Below are positions 1-11,073 of a stretch of DNA of 64,000 bases, in pieces. This DNA comes from an uncultured Bacteroidales bacterium. GTDB taxonomy: Bacteria > Bacteroidota > Bacteroidia > Bacteroidales > UBA3663. Numbering within the stretch: the stretch's first letter is position 1; each line of letters starts with the position of its first letter. Below the pieces are notes generated by a model that ran no database searches, was not told the origin of the DNA, and saw nothing but the letters and a program-made list of their open reading frames with translations. A program made the translations under genes and the position numbers. The stretch spans positions 71,141-135,140 of the forward strand of contig CAJOLH010000004.1 of assembly GCA_905235375.1 (NCBI GenBank), read 5' to 3'.

Positions 1-1641
1 CTCCACCATCTTAGGATCGACAAGCACAATCTTGAGCTGCGAAGGATGTTTCTTGTAGAGCAACGAGGTAATGATAGCATTCAGACCTACCGACTTGCCC
101 TGACCTGTTGCACCAGCCACAAGGAGGTGCGGAGCCTTGGTCAGGTCGAAGGTGAACACTTCGTTCATAATCGTCTTGCCAAGGGCGATGGGCAGATCGT
201 ACTTCGACTCCTGGAAGGCCCGTGAAGCAATACAGTCGCGCATCGACACGGTCTGTGGATCGTTGTTGGGCACCTCGATACCGATGGCCGACTTGCCAGG
301 AATCGGCGCAATGATACGAATACCCGACTTCGAGGCTATCGACATGGCTATCTCATCGCTCAGGTTCTTCACGCGGCTGATCTTGGTACCGCTCTCCAGC
401 ACTATCTCAAAAAGCGTAATCGTAGGGCCTACGGTGGCAGAGATCGACTGTATCTCGATGCCATAGTCCGACAGTGTCTGACGTATCTTCTCCTTGTTTG
501 ACGTCTGTTCGTCCATGTCAATGGGCGAATGGTTCGGATAGGATTTCAGCAGGTCGAAAGTCGGGAACTTGTAGTGACTAAGATCAGCTGTGGGGTCATA
601 ATCAGTCTTGGGGAGGTCATTGGTTGATTCTGCGACGGGAGCCTTCACTGTGTCAGTCTTGCCCGTCTTGACCACAAAAACCGGGTCATCGGCGTCATTA
701 TCCTTTTCCTTCGGCTTGGAATTGTCAGCTTCCTTCGATTCATTGCCGAAAGCAATAGCCACCTGACCTGTCTCGTCCTCGGTGGTCGGAATGGGTTCAT
801 CGGGTTCGATGCTATCAGTAGTGGGGTCATCTATCGGGAGGACCGGGGCGACGACCTCCTCATCAGGCACGTCATCATTCAGTTGAGCCACACGTTCAGC
901 CTCCAGTTGCGCCTGTCGTTCCGCTTTGCGTGCAGCTTTCTCCTCCTTGCGCTTATCCAATCGATTCTGGAGCCAAGGGATCAGACCAAACATCGTGCGG
1001 GTCTTTTCGATGGTGCTGTCAAACAAGAAGGTGGACAATATCAGTCCCGACACAACGAGCAACAGCGTCAGTCCGGGCACATGCAGGTTGGCGATGAGCA
1101 GCTGCGTAAGCTCATAGCCATGCTTACCGCCCAAATAGATGAAATTCGACTGCAGGCTGGTGCCGAACATCGTGTCGAGGATATAACTCATTGCACTAAA
1201 AAACAGCGACAGCCAGATCACCATGAAAGATGTGCGCACAAACGAGCCCAGCAGATGAGGCATCGGGTTCGATGACATCAGTCCCTGTCCGAAACGGAAT
1301 AACAGAACGATGAAGAGCAGGACGGGTAGGCCGAGCCAGCGATTGACACACCATTCCGCTGAGAAGGCACCAAACGTTCCTACCCAATTATGTATTTCGT
1401 TGTTCGGCGAGAATATCTCATACCAGGTCAGATTCTCCAATATGGCCTGATCGTCTTTTCCCGTGACGATGAACGACAAGAAGCCGATGCCCAGCAGTGC
1501 TGCGAACAACATAATAAGTAAACCTGCGACGAACCTGGTCTGTTCGCCGCGCATGAAGGCCATGAAGCGCGATGGCTGCTTCGGCCCCTTTCCCTTTGCA
1601 TTTTTCTCCTTGGGAGCAGTAGTGTTCTTTTCTTTGCCCAT
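1..1641 (-). CDS. ftsK: DNA translocase FtsK/SpoIIIE, N-terminal 547 codons (gene runs off the left edge)
   Basis: Absent from the ORF track because it is open at position 1. Reverse translation of 1-120 gives VAGATGQGKSVGLNAIITSLLYKKHPSQLKIVLVDPKMVE (FtsK Walker A block). The same frame stays open back to the ATG at 1639-1641 (MGKEKNTTAPKEK...), followed by hydrophobic segments and an acidic/Pro-rich linker. Confidence 0.88.
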   Translation of the reverse strand, partial: MGKEKNTTAPKEKNAKGKGPKQPSRFMAFMRGEQTRFVAGLLIMLFAALLGIGFLSFIVTGKDDQAILENLTWYEIFSPNNEIHNWVGTFGAFSAEWCVNRWLGLPVLLFIVLLFRFGQGLMSSNPMPHLLGSFVRTSFMVIWLSLFFSAMSYILDTMFGTSLQSNFIYLGGKHGYELTQLLIANLHVPGLTLLLVVSGLILSTFLFDSTIEKTRTMFGLIPWLQNRLDKRKEEKAARKAERQAQLEAERVAQLNDDVPDEEVVAPVLPIDDPTTDSIEPDEPIPTTEDETGQVAIAFGNESKEADNSKPKEKDNDADDPVFVVKTGKTDTVKAPVAESTNDLPKTDYDPTADLSHYKFPTFDLLKSYPNHSPIDMDEQTSNKEKIRQTLSDYGIEIQSISATVGPTITLFEIVLESGTKISRVKNLSDEIAMSIASKSGIRIIAPIPGKSAIGIEVPNNDPQTVSMRDCIASRAFQESKYDLPIALGKTIMNEVFTFDLTKAPHLLVAGATGQGKSVGLNAIITSLLYKKHPSQLKIVLVDPKMVE

Positions 1642-1648
1642 TACATTA

Positions 1649-3160
1649 TTATTTTTTCCAAAACATTGGTGTGAAGATTACCATGACAGTGAATATCTCA
1701 AGACGTCCCACCAGCATCATGAAGCTGAGGTACCATTTTGCCCCTGCAGGCAGCCATGCCCATGTAAATGCCGGACCCGTGTCTCCAAGTGCCGGACCCG
1801 TGTTGCCCAAGGCTGAGACGGCTGTACCGATAGAGGTTTCGAAATTGAGGCCAAAGCATTGCAGGATGAAGATCGAAATCACCAGCAGCATCAGGTAAAT
1901 CGACAGCATGGCGAGTATCTTGAAGACGGCATCGTTCGACAGAGGATGTCCATTGAGCCTCACATTGCTATAGGAACGCGGGAGCAGGGCGTGCAGGAAC
2001 TGGTTGCGCCCGTTCTTGATCAAGACCACGAATCGGACTACCTTCAGACCTCCGGCAGTACTCGAAGAGCACCCGCCCATCACCATCATCAGCAGTGTAG
2101 GGAGCCAGAAGATCGTGCCCCAAAGGTTGTAGTCGAAATACTCGGCTTGATAACCCGCACTCGAGATGATGCTCAGCGTATGGAACATCGAAGCACGCAA
2201 CGTACATTCCAACGAGCCGTCGCCCAGCGCTGCCAACTCTTCGGCAGGCATCTGTCCGTTCAGGCGTGTCAGGGTATTGAGCACCATGAAGAGCACCGTG
2301 AACCCGATTACCGCCCCAGTAAACCATCGCAGTTCCTCGTTCTTCCAGATCATGCCTATATGTCCTTTCGTGAGCATATAGAACAGATTGAAGTTGACCG
2401 ATGTAAGGAAGAGGAACACAATGCAGACATATTCGATATAGGCCGAATGAAAATGGCCGATGGAGTCGGAATGGGTCGAGAATCCACCCGATGCCAAGGT
2501 CGAGAACGAATGGCAGATGGCATCGAACCAATCCATGTCGCCCAGGCCATAGAGCACGGCACAAGCCGTGGTCATCAGCACGTAGATTCCCCAAAGGCGA
2601 CGTGCCGTTTCGTCTATCTTCGGGCGCAGTTTATCCACTGCGAGTCCATTTGTCTCGGCACCAAAGACCTGCGTGGCACCCGCACCAATCAGAGGCATCA
2701 ATGCCAAACTGAAGACCACAATGCCGAGACCGCCCATCCACTGCATCAGATGACGCCAGAACAAGATGCCATGCGGCTGCGATTCGAGGTCGAGGATGGT
2801 CGTACATCCTGTTGTCGTGAATCCCGACATAGCCTCAAGGAAGGCACTCGAGATGTCGCCACATGCACCCGACAACCGTAGGGGAATCATGCTGAAGAAG
2901 CAGAAGAACAACCAGGACAGCGAAACGACCAGGAAACCCTCTCGTGTAGTGATTCTGTTGGAGTGTTCACGACTGCTATACCACGTCCCGAATCCTGCAG
3001 CAGCTGTCACCAATGTGCCCAACAGCAGCGTCCACCAGTCGCTCTCGCCCGCAGTGGAGCGATAATAAAGGGCAACCACAGTGCTCAAGCCCATGAAGCC
3101 TGCCTCCATGAGCATCAGGACACCGAAGATGTAACGGATCAGCCGCCAGTTGATTTTCAT
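1649..3160 (-). CDS. trkH: Trk-type potassium uptake protein TrkH
   Basis: 503-aa polytopic membrane ORF with TrkH-like sequence (EAMSGFTTTGCTTILDLE). Lies directly downstream of trkA on the same strand. ATG start verified. Confidence 0.88.
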   Translation of the reverse strand: MKINWRLIRYIFGVLMLMEAGFMGLSTVVALYYRSTAGESDWWTLLLGTLVTAAAGFGTWYSSREHSNRITTREGFLVVSLSWLFFCFFSMIPLRLSGACGDISSAFLEAMSGFTTTGCTTILDLESQPHGILFWRHLMQWMGGLGIVVFSLALMPLIGAGATQVFGAETNGLAVDKLRPKIDETARRLWGIYVLMTTACAVLYGLGDMDWFDAICHSFSTLASGGFSTHSDSIGHFHSAYIEYVCIVFLFLTSVNFNLFYMLTKGHIGMIWKNEELRWFTGAVIGFTVLFMVLNTLTRLNGQMPAEELAALGDGSLECTLRASMFHTLSIISSAGYQAEYFDYNLWGTIFWLPTLLMMVMGGCSSSTAGGLKVVRFVVLIKNGRNQFLHALLPRSYSNVRLNGHPLSNDAVFKILAMLSIYLMLLVISIFILQCFGLNFETSIGTAVSALGNTGPALGDTGPAFTWAWLPAGAKWYLSFMMLVGRLEIFTVMVIFTPMFWKK

Positions 3161-3217
3161 TGTTCTCTTTTATCTCAATAGTTACTATAGCGGATATAGT
3201 TACTATACTGTGCCCAT

Positions 3218-4555
3218 TCACCTGGTGAAAAGCTCCTGTACGGCAGCTATGCTCTCATTGGGACAGATTACCACCACCTGGTCACCAGGTTGGATTTGAG
3301 TCTGTCCTGTGACCGTCTGTCCCACGCCGTTGCGTACCAGGCCTCCCAAAGTTACTCCCTTGGGCAGACGCAACTCCATCACAGGTTTCAGCGTGATGGA
3401 AGCATTGTTTTGGGCGGTAAGATCGACCACCTCGGCATCTATCAGGCTAAAGCACTTCGCGTTTGTCTTGTCCGAATCGAGCAGAATCTGATAGATCGAA
3501 GCAGCCGTAAGCGACTTCTTGTTGACCGTCGATCCGATGTTGAGGTTTTGCGCCATGGTGACCTGCTCCACATCGCTAACCTCAACGATGCTCTTGCCTA
3601 CGCCCATCTTCTTGGCAGTCAGACAAGCCAGGATGTTCGAGTCGGAGTCGGGGCCGACAGCTACAAAGGCATCGTGTTCGCTGATACTGAGGTCCTGCAG
3701 CGTCTCAATATAGTGCTTCATGCCCTTGATGACCTTAGCCTGGGGCACATTGTCCATCACATGATTGGCATTGTGCTCGTCATCCTCGATGAAGACGATA
3801 TCATATTTCTTCTTCAGGTAGTAGCAGAGCTGAATGCCCAAACGGGTACCACCTAACACAATGATTCGCCTCAGGTCACGGTTCTTCTTGCCGCAGGAGA
3901 AACGCACGACATCAGCCTTGTTGGGCAAGGTGACGAAATAGACCAGGTCTTCGTTCTGCACCACATCGTTGCCTCGGGGGATAATCAGATCTTCATCGCG
4001 CTTGATGGCAGCAACGTGAAACGCCTCGTGATGCATCCTTCCAATGTCCATGAGCTTTTGTCCAACAATCGGTGCGCCATTGCGTACCTTCACGGCAAGG
4101 AGCAGCAGGTTGCCATCACACAACGACACGCTCTGACGAGCCCACGGCCGGGAGATGGCAGCAGCGATGAACTGACCGCCCAACATTTCCGAATAAACCA
4201 GATCGCTTATGCCGATATGCTTGTAGAACTCTGCCGAATCGGCCTTCTGCATCTCGTAGTTATCCACACGAGCCATCGTCCTGCGAGCGCCCAAGTTGGC
4301 GGCAAGGATGCAAGCGTGGATGTTGGTACTCTCGTCGGGCGTGACCGCAATGAAAAGATTACAATCTGGCACACCAGCCTCTTTCAGCGAATTGATGCTG
4401 GTGGGCTTGCCGACCAAGGTCATCAGATTCATGAATGTCAGCTGACTGATGAGGTTCGCATCCGAATCCATCAGTACGACATCATGATTCTCCTTGGCCA
4501 ACAGTTTGGCAAGATGTGTGCCCACTTCTCGGGCGCCAGCGATAACGATTTTCAT
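3218..4555 (-). CDS. trkA: Trk system NAD-binding component TrkA
   Basis: 445 aa with two Rossmann repeats (MKIVIAGAREVGTHLAKLL; RIIVLGGTRLGIQL). Adjacent to trkH. Confidence 0.9.
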   Translation of the reverse strand: MKIVIAGAREVGTHLAKLLAKENHDVVLMDSDANLISQLTFMNLMTLVGKPTSINSLKEAGVPDCNLFIAVTPDESTNIHACILAANLGARRTMARVDNYEMQKADSAEFYKHIGISDLVYSEMLGGQFIAAAISRPWARQSVSLCDGNLLLLAVKVRNGAPIVGQKLMDIGRMHHEAFHVAAIKRDEDLIIPRGNDVVQNEDLVYFVTLPNKADVVRFSCGKKNRDLRRIIVLGGTRLGIQLCYYLKKKYDIVFIEDDEHNANHVMDNVPQAKVIKGMKHYIETLQDLSISEHDAFVAVGPDSDSNILACLTAKKMGVGKSIVEVSDVEQVTMAQNLNIGSTVNKKSLTAASIYQILLDSDKTNAKCFSLIDAEVVDLTAQNNASITLKPVMELRLPKGVTLGGLVRNGVGQTVTGQTQIQPGDQVVVICPNESIAAVQELFTR

Positions 4556-4572
4556 TGTCTTACTATCGATTA

Positions 4573-6594
4573 TCAGATTTTCTCGAAGGGAACGGAATTC
4601 CCGCAGGACTCGGATTTCCCTGAAGGCCCTAAGTCCTTTACCAATGCCTTGGCGATGCTCAAGACATCAATCCCGCATATCTGGTGCAGTTCGCTCACTG
4701 CACCCTGGGTGATGAACTCGTCAGGAATGCCCAAGCAATGAATCTTGCCCTCGTAGCCCTGACGATTGGCCTCTTCGAGCACGGCGCTACCGAAACCTCC
4801 GGCCAAAGCGCCATCCTCGATGGTGATAATACGCGCGTACCTTTTAAATATATACGCGAGGAGCTCCACATCGAGCGGCTTGCAGAACACCATGTCGTAG
4901 TGCGCCACGCCCCTCTTGGTCACCGTTCGGCCATCCTCCAGGTCCAAGCCTGCCTCAACCCTATCGATAGCCTTCTCAGCTTCGATACCTATCGGGCCGA
5001 ACGAGAGGATGGCTGTGTCGCCGCTACCCTCCCGCAGGCAGTAACCTCGACCTATCTCTACTGCTTCGAGCTCATTCTTCCAGTTTGGATTGCCCTCGGC
5101 ATCGGTACCGCCGATACTGCCACGCCCGCGCGGATAACGTATCATGAAGGGGCCATCGGCAACTTCTACTGCTGTCACCATCAGCTTGCGCAACCAATGC
5201 TCATCGATGGGCGAACAAACCGTCATGCCCGGAATGGCACGGAAATAGGGAATGTCGAGCACACCGTGATGCGTCGGGCCATCGGAACCAACCAGCCCCG
5301 CACGATCCAGACAGAACACCACGTGCAGATGTTGCAACGCAACGTCATTCACCACCTGGTCGATGGCACGCTGCATGAAGGTTGAATAGATGTTGCAGAA
5401 GGGCAGCATACCCTCCTTGGCCAAACCTCCGCTGAAAGTCACTGCATGTTCCTCGGCAATACCCACGTCGAAGGTGCGATCGGGGAATCGATCCATCATA
5501 TAGGTCATCGAACAACCCGTCGGCATGGCTGGAGTCACGCCCACTATCCGTTGATTCTTCTCTGCAAGCTCCACCAACGTCTTGCCAAAGACATCCTGGA
5601 ACTTGGGCGCCAGTCCTTCGGTCTGTTCCTTGATGCGCACACCGGTTACGGGATCGAACTTGCCGGGGGCGTGCCAGATGGTGGCCTGTTCCTCAGCCTG
5701 CTGGAATCCCTTGCCCTTGATGGTGCAGACGTGCAGCATCTTTGGTCCGCCAAGGTCCTTGATTTTGCGCAACGTCCTAACAAGCGATATCACGTTGTGG
5801 CCATCTACGGGACCGAAGTAGCGAATGTCGAGACCTTCGAAGATATTCTGCCGATGCGAGAAGAGCGACTTCACACTGTTGGTGAATCGTATCAGCGCGC
5901 GACGCAGACTATCGCTGATCAGTCCGTGACGCTTCAGCGCATTGTATGCCTTGTAGCGCAACAGGTTGTAGCGCTGGCTGGTGGTGATGCGCGTCAGGTA
6001 ATGATAGAGTGCGCCGACGTTCTGGTCGATGGCCATCTGATTGTCGTTGAGCAGGATGAGCAGATCGTTCGGATGCGACGATGCATTGTTCAAGCCTTCG
6101 AAGGCCATGCCTCCACTGATTGAAGCATCGCCGATGACAGCCACCACCTTCCGTTTGTTGCCCTCCAGATTGTTTGCCACTGCCATACCCAATGCCGCCG
6201 AAATGCTGTTCGAAGCATGACCCGTCGAGAACGTATCATACTCGCTCTCCCGTGGATTGGGGAATCCGCTCAAACCTCCCAGCTGGCGCAGGGTGGGAAA
6301 CGTGTCGCGTCGGCCTGTCAGTATCTTATGGGCGTATGCCTGATGACCCACATCCCACACCAGACGGTCTTCGGGCGTGTCATAGACATAGTGCAAGGCC
6401 ACGATTATCTCGATGGCTCCCAAGCTCGAAGCGAAGTGCCCGGGGTGGACACTCACCTGCTCGATGATGAACTGTCGAAGAGCCTGACAGACATCCGGCA
6501 ACTGCTCGATGGGCAGTTTTCTGAGGTCGGCAGGACTATCGATGCAGTCCAATATGTTTTTATATTTTTCTTCCAAAGTTGTTTTCTTATTCAA
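4573..6594 (-). CDS. dxs: 1-deoxy-D-xylulose-5-phosphate synthase
   Basis: 673 aa with DXS/TPP motifs ([30 protein letters not shown]). The track start at 6594 is a TTG and there is no nearby in-frame ATG, so the exact start is uncertain. Confidence 0.92.
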   Translation of the reverse strand: MNKKTTLEEKYKNILDCIDSPADLRKLPIEQLPDVCQALRQFIIEQVSVHPGHFASSLGAIEIIVALHYVYDTPEDRLVWDVGHQAYAHKILTGRRDTFPTLRQLGGLSGFPNPRESEYDTFSTGHASNSISAALGMAVANNLEGNKRKVVAVIGDASISGGMAFEGLNNASSHPNDLLILLNDNQMAIDQNVGALYHYLTRITTSQRYNLLRYKAYNALKRHGLISDSLRRALIRFTNSVKSLFSHRQNIFEGLDIRYFGPVDGHNVISLVRTLRKIKDLGGPKMLHVCTIKGKGFQQAEEQATIWHAPGKFDPVTGVRIKEQTEGLAPKFQDVFGKTLVELAEKNQRIVGVTPAMPTGCSMTYMMDRFPDRTFDVGIAEEHAVTFSGGLAKEGMLPFCNIYSTFMQRAIDQVVNDVALQHLHVVFCLDRAGLVGSDGPTHHGVLDIPYFRAIPGMTVCSPIDEHWLRKLMVTAVEVADGPFMIRYPRGRGSIGGTDAEGNPNWKNELEAVEIGRGYCLREGSGDTAILSFGPIGIEAEKAIDRVEAGLDLEDGRTVTKRGVAHYDMVFCKPLDVELLAYIFKRYARIITIEDGALAGGFGSAVLEEANRQGYEGKIHCLGIPDEFITQGAVSELHQICGIDVLSIAKALVKDLGPSGKSESCGNSVPFEKI

Positions 6595-6617
6595 TAGAAT
6601 CTATATAGCTATAGCAT

Positions 6618-7256
6618 CTATATCCTTGTGCCCTTCATATTCTCAAGCACGAGCACGGCTTCAGGCCCCATATTGAAAAGGAGATCCAGAATACTCACGT
6701 CCGGCATGAAGGGTTGACGGCCTTCGACACCTGCCACCTGGTAATAGGTAGGCACCTTCCCTAACGGGAGCAAAAGGCGTTCGGGAAGGAAGGCTCCATT
6801 CGAAGCCACACATTCCAGCGGCCCCATCCATTGTTCCGAATAGCGAACTTTCGGCTCGAATCCTATCTCTCGGCAGATGTGCTTTCGCAGGGCTTCGTTC
6901 ATTCCGAAGAGTGTGCCATCGTGACCATGGAGAAACGTCTCACGCAGGTCGTCGATGTAATATTCGTAGAAAGGCGAATTTCCGTAGTAGGTTGCCCACG
7001 AATAGAGGTGTTGGCGTTGCCAATCGCCATGACTGCTCAAACGCACCTCACGGATGGGCATCTTCAGCTTGTTCCCCTTCTCAACATTCACCGAGAGTGT
7101 CTGCTGACCTTGGTCGGTGGCTATGGTGCAGCGGGTGCGAAGTGTCTGTTTCGCGTAGTGCTCGTGCGCCTCAATCACCACTTCGTCCGCTGCATAGAGC
7201 ACAGCATAGTACGAGACGGGAGCCAGATAGGCCGTAGGAAGTACGAGCTGCGACAT
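6618..7256 (-). CDS. WbqC family protein
   Basis: LPTAYLAPVSYYAVL...HYAKQTLRTRCTIATDQG...SPFYEYY matches the WbqC-like family pattern. I shortened the track ORF (start 7376) to the ATG at 7254-7256, which overlaps the lepB stop (TGATG coupling). Confidence 0.75.
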   Translation of the reverse strand: MSQLVLPTAYLAPVSYYAVLYAADEVVIEAHEHYAKQTLRTRCTIATDQGQQTLSVNVEKGNKLKMPIREVRLSSHGDWQRQHLYSWATYYGNSPFYEYYIDDLRETFLHGHDGTLFGMNEALRKHICREIGFEPKVRYSEQWMGPLECVASNGAFLPERLLLPLGKVPTYYQVAGVEGRQPFMPDVSILDLLFNMGPEAVLVLENMKGTRI

Positions 7257-8737
7257 CAGAGACCCTTCACTTTCTTCAGCCAACGGTCCTTGCGCCATTC
7301 GCCTGTCTCCTGGTTGATCGAGAACCAGACGAAGAGTGGAGTGCCCACGATGTGGTCTTCGGGAACAAAGCCCCAAAAGCGCGAGTCGAGCGAATTGTCA
7401 CGGTTGTCACCCATCATCCAGTAGTAGTCGTAGCCGAAAGTGAACTCGGCGACCTCCTTGCCGTTCAGCTGGTACTTGTCCTTGCCGAGGCGGATCAGTT
7501 CGTTGCCCTGTCCGTTGCCTGTAGCCTGGTTGGGCTCATACACTCTGATGCAGCGACCATAGAGCTTCACGTTCTCATCGGTCAGCCGTATGCTCTTGCC
7601 TTTCTGGGGAATCCAAAGCGGGCCGAAGTCCGAACCTGTCCAATCCGACAGTTCATCCTGCGGATACACCACGCCGGGAGCCTCTTGGTAAGGTGTGTCC
7701 TTCACCCATTCCACCTTGCCTGACTTTTCGAGCTGCTCCACCATCTCTCGGGTCAGATTCGCCAGATAGAGAGGTGCATAACGCCCTGTGATGCTGTCGG
7801 GACGGATGTCATAGTATTGGTAGAAAGACACATCCTGAATCATCGTAACGTCGGCACCCACCGTACCGTCTTTGCTTCCCTTGGTATATACACCCAGCTT
7901 CTTCCATTCCCGCTCGGTGATGAGGCCACCCTTGGTCAGCACGATGTACTTGTGCTGCAGGTACTGCGGATCCTTCAGCTCCTTGCCGTCGATGAGCACC
8001 TTGCGGTCGATGATCTGCAGCGTCTCGCCTGGCAAACCGATGAGTCGCTTCACGTAGTTCTCACGACGATCCACAGGGCGGGCTATCACTTCGCCGAAGG
8101 TCTTCTGGTCGCTCCATACCTTGTCGCGTCCATACATCTTGCAAAGCGTGTAGTAGTCAGGGTTCTCGCATTTCACGCAGACGGTGTCTCCGTTCGGGTA
8201 GTTGAAGACCACGATGTCGTAGCGCTCCATCTTTGTCAGGCCCGGCATACGCTTGTAGTTCACCTGCGGATGGGTGATGTAGCTCTTGCCTAAGCGTGTC
8301 GAGCCTATCGAAACCGTGTGCTGGAACAACGGCAGTGACAGAGGGGTCATCGGCACGCGCGGGCCGTAATGATATTTCGAAACGAGCAGGTAGTCTCCTG
8401 CCAACATAGTCTTTTCGAGCGATGTGGTGGGAATCTGGAAGTTCTGGAAAAAGAAGTTCTGCAGCACCCAAACTGCAGCCAGTGCGAACACGATGGCATC
8501 CACCCACGACATCACTCCGCGCAGGAAGCCGTTCTTGATGCTCTTCCACCAATCCCATTTGATGAATCGGGTCCAATACACATCGACCACAAACGGAAGG
8601 ACGAGGAATGGAACGAAAGAACTCATCCAAAGGGCGAACAGCACTATCACCACAATCCAGATGACCAGCCAGACCTTGTCGCTGTTGGTCATCTTGCGGC
8701 CAAAGCCGCGTATTTCTTTATCTTTATATTCTGCCAT
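7256..8737 (-). CDS. lepB: signal peptidase I
   Basis: 493 aa with an N-terminal TM segment, the catalytic Ser region (SLEKTMLAGDYLL) and the box GDNRDNSLDSRFWGFVPEDHIVG. Confidence 0.9.
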   Translation of the reverse strand: MAEYKDKEIRGFGRKMTNSDKVWLVIWIVVIVLFALWMSSFVPFLVLPFVVDVYWTRFIKWDWWKSIKNGFLRGVMSWVDAIVFALAAVWVLQNFFFQNFQIPTTSLEKTMLAGDYLLVSKYHYGPRVPMTPLSLPLFQHTVSIGSTRLGKSYITHPQVNYKRMPGLTKMERYDIVVFNYPNGDTVCVKCENPDYYTLCKMYGRDKVWSDQKTFGEVIARPVDRRENYVKRLIGLPGETLQIIDRKVLIDGKELKDPQYLQHKYIVLTKGGLITEREWKKLGVYTKGSKDGTVGADVTMIQDVSFYQYYDIRPDSITGRYAPLYLANLTREMVEQLEKSGKVEWVKDTPYQEAPGVVYPQDELSDWTGSDFGPLWIPQKGKSIRLTDENVKLYGRCIRVYEPNQATGNGQGNELIRLGKDKYQLNGKEVAEFTFGYDYYWMMGDNRDNSLDSRFWGFVPEDHIVGTPLFVWFSINQETGEWRKDRWLKKVKGL

Positions 8738-8773
8738 TTTATTTATTTTATCACGAGCTGGGGAATTAAAGGA

Positions 8774-9568
8774 TTAATTGCCAAATCGCATCATATCTTC
8801 CATTGTGAACACACCCTTTTTACCATCGTTCATCCACTCGGCAGCGACCACGGCACCAAGGGCAAAGCCACGGCGCGACTTGGCGGAATGTGTCATCGTG
8901 ATTGTATCCACGTCGCTGTCGTAGGTAACCGTATGGATGCCCGGCACCTCGCCGCGACGGAAAGCCACGACCTCCAGTTCATCATCGCGGTGCGAACTGA
9001 ATGTCGTGCCCACCTCTGCATTGCGAGGCACATCGACGCTTCCATCCTCATGTTGCCAGATGGCAGCTGTCTCTTTCCACGTCTGCTTGCGATCGAGGTT
9101 ACCAGTGATGGCACCAGCAATGGTGATGGCGGTGCCGCTTGGAGAGTCGAGCTTGTGAATGTGATGCGTCTCGCTCAGCATCACATCATACTGCGGATAG
9201 TTGTTCATAATCCGGGCCACATACTTCTGCATGGCTACGAAAATATTCACGCCGATCGAGAAATTTGAAGCCCAGAAGAGTGCACCATCGGCTTCTTTCA
9301 CCTCCTGCTCAACCTTCGGCAATTCGCTGTACCAACCCGTTGATCCCACCACGACGGTCACACCTCTTTCGAGGCACTTGCGGATGTTGCCGATGCAAGT
9401 CTTCGGGGTAGTGAACTCGATGGCTACGTCGGCTGTGCGGAAAGCCTCGCTGTCGAAGTCCTCCTGGTTCTGGATGTCGATGGCACAGACCACTTCGTGT
9501 CCGCGACTCTTGGCTATCTCTTCGATGATATGACCCATCTTGCCATATCCTATCAATGCTATCTTCAT
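8774..9568 (-). CDS. dapB: 4-hydroxy-tetrahydrodipicolinate reductase
   Basis: MKIALIGYGKMGHII Rossmann start and the ETHHIHKLDSPSGTA signature. The start was moved to the ATG at 9566-9568, downstream of the -7 box at 9643-9650. Confidence 0.9.
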   Translation of the reverse strand: MKIALIGYGKMGHIIEEIAKSRGHEVVCAIDIQNQEDFDSEAFRTADVAIEFTTPKTCIGNIRKCLERGVTVVVGSTGWYSELPKVEQEVKEADGALFWASNFSIGVNIFVAMQKYVARIMNNYPQYDVMLSETHHIHKLDSPSGTAITIAGAITGNLDRKQTWKETAAIWQHEDGSVDVPRNAEVGTTFSSHRDDELEVVAFRRGEVPGIHTVTYDSDVDTITMTHSAKSRRGFALGAVVAAEWMNDGKKGVFTMEDMMRFGN

Positions 9569-9642
9569 ATTGTTTCCTTGTTCTGACCGGCATTGAAGTC
9601 TTTTATTGTCTGTCATCAATGGAACGGTCCAATATATCGGGG

Positions 9643-9650
9643 CAAATATA
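9643..9650 (-). promoter_or_regulatory. -7 box TATATTTG (dapB operon)
   Basis: TAnnTTTG match 75 nt upstream of the dapB ATG. Confidence 0.55.
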
Positions 9651-9745
9651 CGCATTTTTTCTGACATAATGGAAATAATTGCCGAAAATTATCATTATTT
9701 TGAAGATTTTTGCTATTTTTATGTGTCCATATAACAGAAAATTAT

Positions 9746-9753
9746 TATATTTG
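9746..9753 (+). promoter_or_regulatory. -7 box TATATTTG (DUF2851 gene)
   Basis: TAnnTTTG match 43 nt upstream of the ATG at 9796. Confidence 0.6.
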
Positions 9754-9795
9754 CGCCATACAATTTGCATTATCAGTTCACGAAACGAATAGAAT

Positions 9796-11064
9796 ATGCC
9801 TATGGAGGAACTCATGTATTTTGTGTGGCAGCAGCGCCTCTTCCTCAATATCGAGACGACCGATCACCAACCGCTCGACATACTTCACCCGGGGCTCCGC
9901 AACTACGATGCAGGTCCCGACTTCTTCAATGCCAAGGTCAAGGAGGACGGCATCGTCTGGGCTGGCAACGTGGAAATGCACGTCAAGGCTTCCGACTGGT
10001 ACCACCATCATCACCAGGACGATCCTGCCTACGACTCGGTGATCCTCCACGTTGTCATCGATCCCGACGTAGAAGTGCGGATGCGCAATGGCAAGGCGGT
10101 CAAGACCGTGGTGATGCACATCCCTGACGACCTGATGAACCGCTACCGTCAGCTGTGCAGCGGCAGGGCAGCTCCGCTCCTGCCCGGCCAAGTGCCGAGC
10201 TACTCGTCCATCTCCTGCTCCAGCCGATTGAACCAGGTGCCACGCGTCGTGTTGCACGATTGGATCACTGCCCTGTGTACCCAGCGGATGATTGAGAAGC
10301 TCGGACGTGTGCGCGACCTTGTGGAAAGCCAGCTCAAGGCATGGCCCGAAGCGTTTTATGTGGTGCTCACCCGAAGCCTCGGCACGGGAGTCAACAGCGA
10401 CATGATGGAGCGGCTGGCACGCAGTCTTCCCTACAGCTGCCTGCTGCACCACAAGGACAACCTGCTGCAGTTGCAATCCCTTCTGCTGGGTCAGGCAGGG
10501 CTGCTGCAAATGCAGGATGCCACGTCGAAGGAAGCCGACGAGCAGGAGGAATGGCGGCTGATGCAGCGGGAATACGCTTTCCTGCGGCAGAAGTTCAGCC
10601 TCACCCCTCTCGATGGAAACTATTGGAAAACCGGACGTGTACGTCCGCCCGCTCAACCCGAGGCACGCCTGCGCACCTTGGCGAAACTAATCTATACGCA
10701 CCAGGACCTCTTCGACGAAGTCCTTGAAGCCCGGAACCTCGAACAGATGGAAAAGATTCTTGGCGTGAAAGGGCTTGGACAGCAGACCATACGCAGCCTC
10801 ATCATCAATGCCGTTGTCCCCCTACTGCTCGCATACGCCCAGTGGCAGGGCGATGACGAACGTTGCGAAAAGGCGCTTGATCTGCTCGAAGAGATGTCTC
10901 CCGAGAATAACCGATACATCAACCAATGGACAGAGGCGGGCATTGCCTCGAAGTCCGCCATGGACACCCAGGCCCTGCTCCACCTCTTCAAGAATTATTG
11001 CCAGCCCCACAAATGCCTGCGTTGCCGCATCGGCTGCTGGCTGCTGAAGAATTTTAGTGTGTGA
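9796..11064 (+). CDS. DUF2851 family protein
   Basis: 422 aa. PDFFNAKV...GNVEMHVKASDWYHHHH and a C-terminal CxxC (CLRCRIGC) are typical of Bacteroidota DUF2851. A -7 box lies 43 nt upstream. Confidence 0.7.
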   Translation: MPMEELMYFVWQQRLFLNIETTDHQPLDILHPGLRNYDAGPDFFNAKVKEDGIVWAGNVEMHVKASDWYHHHHQDDPAYDSVILHVVIDPDVEVRMRNGKAVKTVVMHIPDDLMNRYRQLCSGRAAPLLPGQVPSYSSISCSSRLNQVPRVVLHDWITALCTQRMIEKLGRVRDLVESQLKAWPEAFYVVLTRSLGTGVNSDMMERLARSLPYSCLLHHKDNLLQLQSLLLGQAGLLQMQDATSKEADEQEEWRLMQREYAFLRQKFSLTPLDGNYWKTGRVRPPAQPEARLRTLAKLIYTHQDLFDEVLEARNLEQMEKILGVKGLGQQTIRSLIINAVVPLLLAYAQWQGDDERCEKALDLLEEMSPENNRYINQWTEAGIASKSAMDTQALLHLFKNYCQPHKCLRCRIGCWLLKNFSV

Positions 11065-11073
11065 TAGGATTAA

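Noticed and set aside
137-1387. Track ORFs 137..466, 645..830, 883..1275, 926..1117, 1196..1387, 1463..1816
   Set aside because: All lie inside the ftsK coding region, in other frames or antisense. The ftsK frame is continuous from 1641 to the window edge with clear FtsK motifs.
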